Assembly: GCA_965240325.2 (NCBI GenBank)
Contig: OZ251231.1
Location: forward strand, 372,001 to 436,000
Source of the DNA: Rebecca billardiae RCC1528
Lineage: Eukaryota > Protista > Haptophyta
Direction: 5' to 3'
Length of the DNA stretch: 64,000 nt
Shown here: one piece after another, positions 58,865 through 64,000 of the stretch
Position numbering within the stretch: position 1 is the first letter of the stretch
Layout: each line of letters opens with the position of its first letter
Made by a program: the position numbers and the translations under genes
The notes under the pieces: model-generated
What the model was told of the DNA's origin: nothing
What the model saw: the letters and a program-made list of their open reading frames with translations, nothing else
The model's database searches: none

Positions 58865-60100
58865 TCAGCCCGCGGCACCCCAGTGCGGATACGGCGCGCT
58901 CGCGCCATACGGCGGGTGCGGGTGTGCCGCGCCCATGCCGCCGTACCCGGGCGGCTGTGGCGGCGCGCCGCCGTACGCCGGCGGCAGCATCGCACCCGCC
59001 ATCGGCGGCGCGCCGTGCGCATGCGGCGCGGGCGGATAGGCGCCGAGGGGCGCGGGCGCGCCCGCGCCCGCGCCCGGCCACGCTTGGAAGGGAGGCTGCG
59101 GCTGCGGCTGCGGCTGCGGCTGCGGCTGCGCGGCGGGCCAGCCCATGCCCGCGGGCCCCGCGCGCGGCGGCGGCGCGCCGCCGTCCTCCTTCGTCTTCTC
59201 GATCCGCATCACCCGCCCCGCCACCTCCTGCCCGTGCACGTACGCGATCGCCCGGTCCGCCTCTTCGACCGAGCTGAAGCTGACGAAACCGTACCCCTTC
59301 GGCTGGCCACTCGCGCGGTCCACGGACATCTCCGCGCGCGTGACGCGGCCGTACTGCGAGAAGAGGCCGCGCAGCTGCGACGTGTCGAAGTTGTCCGGCT
59401 CGCCGCGCCGCACGGGGCGCGCGACGAAGAGGTTCGCGCCGGGCGGCCCTTTCTTGCCATCGCCGACGCCGCCGCCAACCGGCGCGCCGCCGACGCCACC
59501 GCCACCGCCACCGCCGCCGCTGCCGCCCTTGGGTGGGCCGAGCCCGCCCGCGGGCGGGCGCCCTGGCGAGAGCAGCGGCGCACGCGCCGGCCCCAGCTCG
59601 GCCGGACGAGCCCACGTCGACTCTCCCGTCACCGAGTTGTAGTAGTACACGGCGCCTGAGCCGTCCCTGTACTCGCCCCACCCAGATGTGCCGGCGCCGC
59701 CGCCGCCCGCGGCTGGCGGAGCGGGGCCGCGACTCGCGGCGGGCCCGCCGCCTGGCCCCGCGACAGTATTTGCGGCCTTGATCACGCTCAGCTTCTGCTG
59801 CGCCTGTGCCACATCTGCTCGCAACTTCTCGCATGCCTGCGCGCGCGATGGGCCGGCGGCGCACGGACGCCAAGCACGCGTTCGGAACGATGAGTGCGCC
59901 CGGCGCGGACACGCGCGGTGTGTGACGCGCCGAGAGGTATCACGCGCCCGCACCGACTGCCAGGACGCGAGGGTCTGCTGCAACGACTCGCGCTGCGCGA
60001 AGAGCCGCGCTTTCTCTTCGCGCAGCGCGATGACATCGTTGAGCCCGTCGCCCATCTTGTGGCGGCCTTCGTCGTTTTCTCTCGCGCGGAATTCGTTCAT
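58865..60100 (-). CDS. Coiled-coil + WW + RRM RNA-binding protein
   Basis: WW: GWGEYRDGSGAVYYYNSVTGESTWARP. RRM: GPPGANLFV...FSQYGRV...KGYGFVSF. Probable in-frame intron ~59839-59953. Confidence 0.88.
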   Translation of the reverse strand: MNEFRARENDEGRHKMGDGLNDVIALREEKARLFAQRESLQQTLASWQSVRARDTSRRVTHRACPRRAHSSFRTRAWRPCAAGPSRAQACEKLRADVAQAQQKLSVIKAANTVAGPGGGPAASRGPAPPAAGGGGAGTSGWGEYRDGSGAVYYYNSVTGESTWARPAELGPARAPLLSPGRPPAGGLGPPKGGSGGGGGGGGVGGAPVGGGVGDGKKGPPGANLFVARPVRRGEPDNFDTSQLRGLFSQYGRVTRAEMSVDRASGQPKGYGFVSFSSVEEADRAIAYVHGQEVAGRVMRIEKTKEDGGAPPPRAGPAGMGWPAAQPQPQPQPQPQPPFQAWPGAGAGAPAPLGAYPPAPHAHGAPPMAGAMLPPAYGGAPPQPPGYGGMGAAHPHPPYGASAPYPHWGAAG

Positions 60101-60223
60101 CAGATTATCGCGATAATCTTGCACCGCGCGGAAGCCTCTTGGGCAGCCGGGCGGCCGCCTGCTCTTCACGGCCGCTGGCCACCTCGGCCGAGGCGCTCGG
60201 CGCAGTCGGCCCTGGTCTGATCG

Positions 60224-60589
60224 ATGGACCCTGGATTTCGCAAGTTTATCGACGACACGTGTAACTCGCCGTACGACGCGCAGCGCGTGAGCGACTCCCT
60301 CGAGCAGCTCGCCGTGACTGATATCCGCGCGCTCGCTGAGCGCACGCGCTCAGATCTGGAGGATGGTGTCCGCCTGCTCAAGCTGGTCGATGAGATGTGG
60401 GTGTCCACACACGTGCTGCGCGTGTACGAGGCGGCGCGCGTGGAGCTCTCCAGAAGTAAGTCCACGCGCCGCCCGCCCACCTCGCCGCACCGCGGCAAGA
60501 CGCCGGTGGACTCGATGGACGCGGACGCGGAGCCCTACGGCGACATGCACTCAGTCGAGGAGGAGGTCAAGCGCATGCGGCTGCAATGA
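60224..60589 (+). CDS. Hypothetical protein (121 aa)
   Basis: ATG-initiated ORF with coding-like codon usage, divergent from the WW-RRM gene. Confidence 0.55.
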   Translation: MDPGFRKFIDDTCNSPYDAQRVSDSLEQLAVTDIRALAERTRSDLEDGVRLLKLVDEMWVSTHVLRVYEAARVELSRSKSTRRPPTSPHRGKTPVDSMDADAEPYGDMHSVEEEVKRMRLQ

Positions 60590-62840
60590 GGCGGAGGCGT
60601 GCACTGAGTCGAGTCGAGGAGGAGGCCAGGCGCATGCGGCTGCAGTGCGGCGCACGGCGTGGTCGCCAGGTGAGAGCACGGAACGTGAGCTGGGGATGGA
60701 CGTGGCTATCGCTTCATTGTCATCACGAGCTGTCATCCTCACGCGCTGTGGATGAATAACGAAGCACACGCCGCGGCGGAGGCCGTGCTCGGCCTCGGGT
60801 AACAGGCCGTAGCTACATCGCGTGCATGGCGCGCGGACGACGGTCGTCTTGCCTCCTGATGGCTGTCGTGCGTCCGTGTCCCTGACCTGGAGTCGGAGAC
60901 CGGCTACCAGACTAGCTACGAGTACGTAACTACGAGTCTGACTGAATAGACAATAGTGGTGCCAGCAGGCGTTCGGCCGTTCGTGGCACTCATCACTCAC
61001 TTCAATCTTCATAAATCATGCGCGATAATGACGATGGCGATGATCGACGGCGCGATCAGTCGGGCGGCTATACTCATTGATGAGTTGACTCATTAGTCAT
61101 TCAGTAACATGACGAGTCATCCGTCTGACTCCGCGGTATCGGATTAGTAACGACACACCTCGGACACCAGGTAGGACGGCGCGGGTCTCCTGATTCGTCG
61201 GCGGCAGTGCCCGATCGTCGACACGAAGTCGGCGTTGGTGGCTGAATGCGCGGCGGCATATCATCAATAAATTACGCGGACGTGACGCGTAGTGAATTAA
61301 TATCTGCTCGTCCGACTACGGCTACGGCACGCTAATTCGAATCGGCGTGTAATCATCAAATGAGACAAAGTGACGGCGGTTATTCCGGGTGGCTGCCCGG
61401 TGCCCTTAGTCACGGCGGACGGCGCGACAGTAGAGGGCAAATGATCCAGCCCGAAATCAGAAGCTCGTAACCTGCCTCATCTAAACACTCGCTCGGGACT
61501 GTCCGCCGGGCCCGGCGCTCGTGGCCGTCGGTCAGTAACGCCACAGGCACAGACACAGTGGCCCCGAAGTTTGTCATCGTCTATATTATTATTCTGTCAG
61601 TCATCAATTAGGCCAACCCGCGCCGCCTAATTATTTTTATATATAATCATCAAGCCTGTAATAATTTAACATTTTCATATGACGATGAAGGCGCGGATGA
61701 TGATGATCTAGTGTCGTAGCAGACTCAGACGTAGGATCAGTACTCAGAGTCTGAGACTCAGTATTTGACGCGGTTTTCATGATTGATGATATAGTCGAAT
61801 TTCATGCCGGCCGATATCGAATCAGCAGCGCATATATCATCATCATCATCGGACGAATAACGACGATACGTACGAAACTCAACGGACGACGCACACATGA
61901 GGATCGCGGGCACGCAATCTCAGCATTCCTTTTTTTTCAGCCGACGTCGCCTCGCGACAACGACGCACGCGTGCACGTTCTGAACCTGCGTTCATTCCGA
62001 GCCCGCACGGTCGTGGTCGCCCGACGACACAGCCAATTCCTCGTGGGTCGCAACGTGCGCGCGCTCTGTGGCCTCGAGAGCGGCGCGAGGAGCCCTGCAC
62101 GGCGCAAAGCAATCGTGGAAATCCAGCGGTGAGGTTGAAGAAGCGGCGCGCTCGTGCCCACCAGTGATGAGCGAGCGAGTACGAAGCAGGTCGGAACGAA
62201 AAGCAGCAGCTGTGAGAGAACTCCGCAGCAGCGCAAAACTCCAAATCAGCATCGCACGCGGCATCGCGCTCGGCGCGGCCGTAGACCGTACGCGCCGAGC
62301 GCGGGCCGACGCGGATGCCCTGATCTCGAGTAGCGGTGAGGGCGAGTGCGGCGCGTCGGCCTGGCGAGTGGCGAAGACTCGCGCGAGGGCCAGGGTGCAC
62401 CGATCGCAGCCGCGGCATGGCATGGCATGGAGGACGCTCGGGGGCCGAGGGCGGCGGCGGGCGAGCCCCGCTGTCGGGGCTCGCAGGACGTGGCATCGCG
62501 CTCAGGAGGCTGAGGGCCTGCCCGTCCGGCTGGCTTGCTGTCTGTGTCTGTGTCGATCCAAGTGTCGACGGGAGAGGGCGAGAGAGCCGGAGCTGCGAGC
62601 GAGCGGCGCGCGTGCCGCCCGAGCGCGCGGGCAGGCGCGAGCGGGAGGCGGTCGGCATGGCTGGATCCAAACCAGGCGGATGGTGATGGCGGGTATGTAC
62701 AGGAGCACGCGAGAGGCACTCAGCATGGAGTCTGTTGGATGGTGCGACGTCGTGGCGGCGCGCCGCGCGCGCGGGCTGCTGGAGGCGCGCGGCGGCGGCG
62801 CGGCTTGACGGCGGGCGGCCGCGGGCAACACGCCTCGCGC

Positions 62841-64000
62841 TCACGCCACGGACACGCGCGTCGGCTCCGGGTCGTACGGGGCGGGCGGCGAGACCGGCGA
62901 GGAGGAGGACGACGACGTCGGCTCGGGCGACGTGCCGTCGTCGCGCTCGCCCGGCACCGAGACCGACGGCATCGAGCGCGCCGACGGCGCGGCCGAGCGC
63001 GCGCCTGGCGTCGGCGCCAGCTCCGGTTCCCTCACGCTGCCGCTCGCGGCCGAGGCTCCGCTGTACGAGCGCACCACGCCGACGGCGCCGGCGCGCGCGA
63101 GCGCCGCGAGCTCCTCCTCGTGCGGGTCGTCCACCACGCGCACGTGCTCCAGCGAGATCGGCGGCGGCAGCGTGGCGCTCGAGATGGACGAGAACATGGA
63201 AGGTGACGAGGCCATCAGGGAGGGGCGCGCGCCGGGCGCGCGGCCGTGCCGGCCCGAGCCGTCGTCGCTGCCTCCGCGGGCCGAGCCGCCGTGCTGCGAC
63301 GTGGCGGGCGAGCGCGGCGGCGTGGGCAGCACGAGCGGGCCGAACGCGAGCGGCGGCTCCAGCTGCTGCCCGTACCTCGTCAGGGGCGGCGAGCCGCCTC
63401 CGCCTCCGTGCTCGCCCGGCCGGCGCGCGATCGGCGAGCCCCGGCCGTAGCCGAAGGACAGGCCCCCGCGGGTCGGGCTGGAGGCGAGGGGCGGGCTGGC
63501 GCCGAGGGGCGGGCGCTCGGGCGCGGCGGCGGCGGCGTCGAGCGAGTGCGCGTACGGCGGAAACTCGGCCGACGACGCCGACGGGTGCACCACCATCCGC
63601 GGCATTGCCTCGTGCATCTCGAACGGCATCTGCTCGTCGGGCGGGCTGCCTGACACGGCGGCGGCGGCGGCGCCGGCCGAGCCCAGGCCCAGCGCCTCGT
63701 CGTCGTCGCCGAGCGCGGCGGCGGCGGCGTCGGGCGGCCCGGCCGACGACGAGCCGTGCGCGCCCTGCGCCTGCGGGCCGAGCAGCGCGCGGATCTCCAG
63801 CTCGAGGTGCCGCCGCGCCGCGCTGAGGAAGGCGTCCTCCCACGCGCGGCGCTCGGCGACGCTCGCGTCCGGGCCGCCGGCCGGCCGGTGGAGCGGGGAC
63901 TCGATCGGCGACATGGGCGGCGTGGAGTGCGGCACGGAGGAGGCGGGCGGCACGCCGGGCAGCGGCGGCGAGGGCGAGCGCGAGCCGGAGCGCGCCGGCA
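62841..64000 (-). CDS. 3' part of a low-complexity Ser/Pro-rich hypothetical protein (5' end outside the window)
   Basis: Open frame to the window edge with coding-like segments (AWEDAFLSAARRHLELEIRALLG). Confidence 0.6.
   Translation of the reverse strand, partial: PARSGSRSPSPPLPGVPPASSVPHSTPPMSPIESPLHRPAGGPDASVAERRAWEDAFLSAARRHLELEIRALLGPQAQGAHGSSSAGPPDAAAAALGDDDEALGLGSAGAAAAAVSGSPPDEQMPFEMHEAMPRMVVHPSASSAEFPPYAHSLDAAAAAPERPPLGASPPLASSPTRGGLSFGYGRGSPIARRPGEHGGGGGSPPLTRYGQQLEPPLAFGPLVLPTPPRSPATSQHGGSARGGSDDGSGRHGRAPGARPSLMASSPSMFSSISSATLPPPISLEHVRVVDDPHEEELAALARAGAVGVVRSYSGASAASGSVREPELAPTPGARSAAPSARSMPSVSVPGERDDGTSPEPTSSSSSSPVSPPAPYDPEPTRVSVA

Noticed and set aside
61879-62830. Additional CDS downstream of the last gene
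   Set aside because: Several overlapping ORFs with no recognisable motif; I cannot support any of them.

Overview
Very GC-rich, CpG-saturated eukaryotic DNA with GC-rich spliceosomal introns and TTAGGG tracts. It resembles a haptophyte alga such as Pavlovales, which is an inference from composition only. About 18 host genes are recognisable: an ATP-grasp protein, an LRR/extensin-like membrane protein, a giant BTB-ankyrin-IQ-WW protein, ARMH1, a 2OG-Fe(II) dioxygenase, an AEC/PIN-like carrier, an EVE protein, three sulfotransferase-like proteins, a GH5 exo-glucanase, ITPA, organellar IF-3, a small Cys-rich secreted protein, a SAM-kinesin-13-SAM protein, a WW-RRM protein and two unknowns. The intergenic DNA carries up to six terminal-inverted-repeat (TIR) elements. 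The main finding is an apparently intact 6,255-bp transposon (32075-38329; 34-bp TIRs starting CACAG, 3-bp GGT target duplication). It encodes a RAG1/Transib-like DDE transposase that appears to lack all four canonical Zn ligands and carries a ~190-aa Gly/Ala insert. A second, non-autonomous 2.6-kb element sits inside a (TATG)n microsatellite and ends in the perfect RSS heptamer CACAGTG followed by fixed-spacer conserved blocks. Many long ORFs in the track are antisense shadows or intron read-through caused by the high GC. All family calls are by-eye motif recognition, not database searches.
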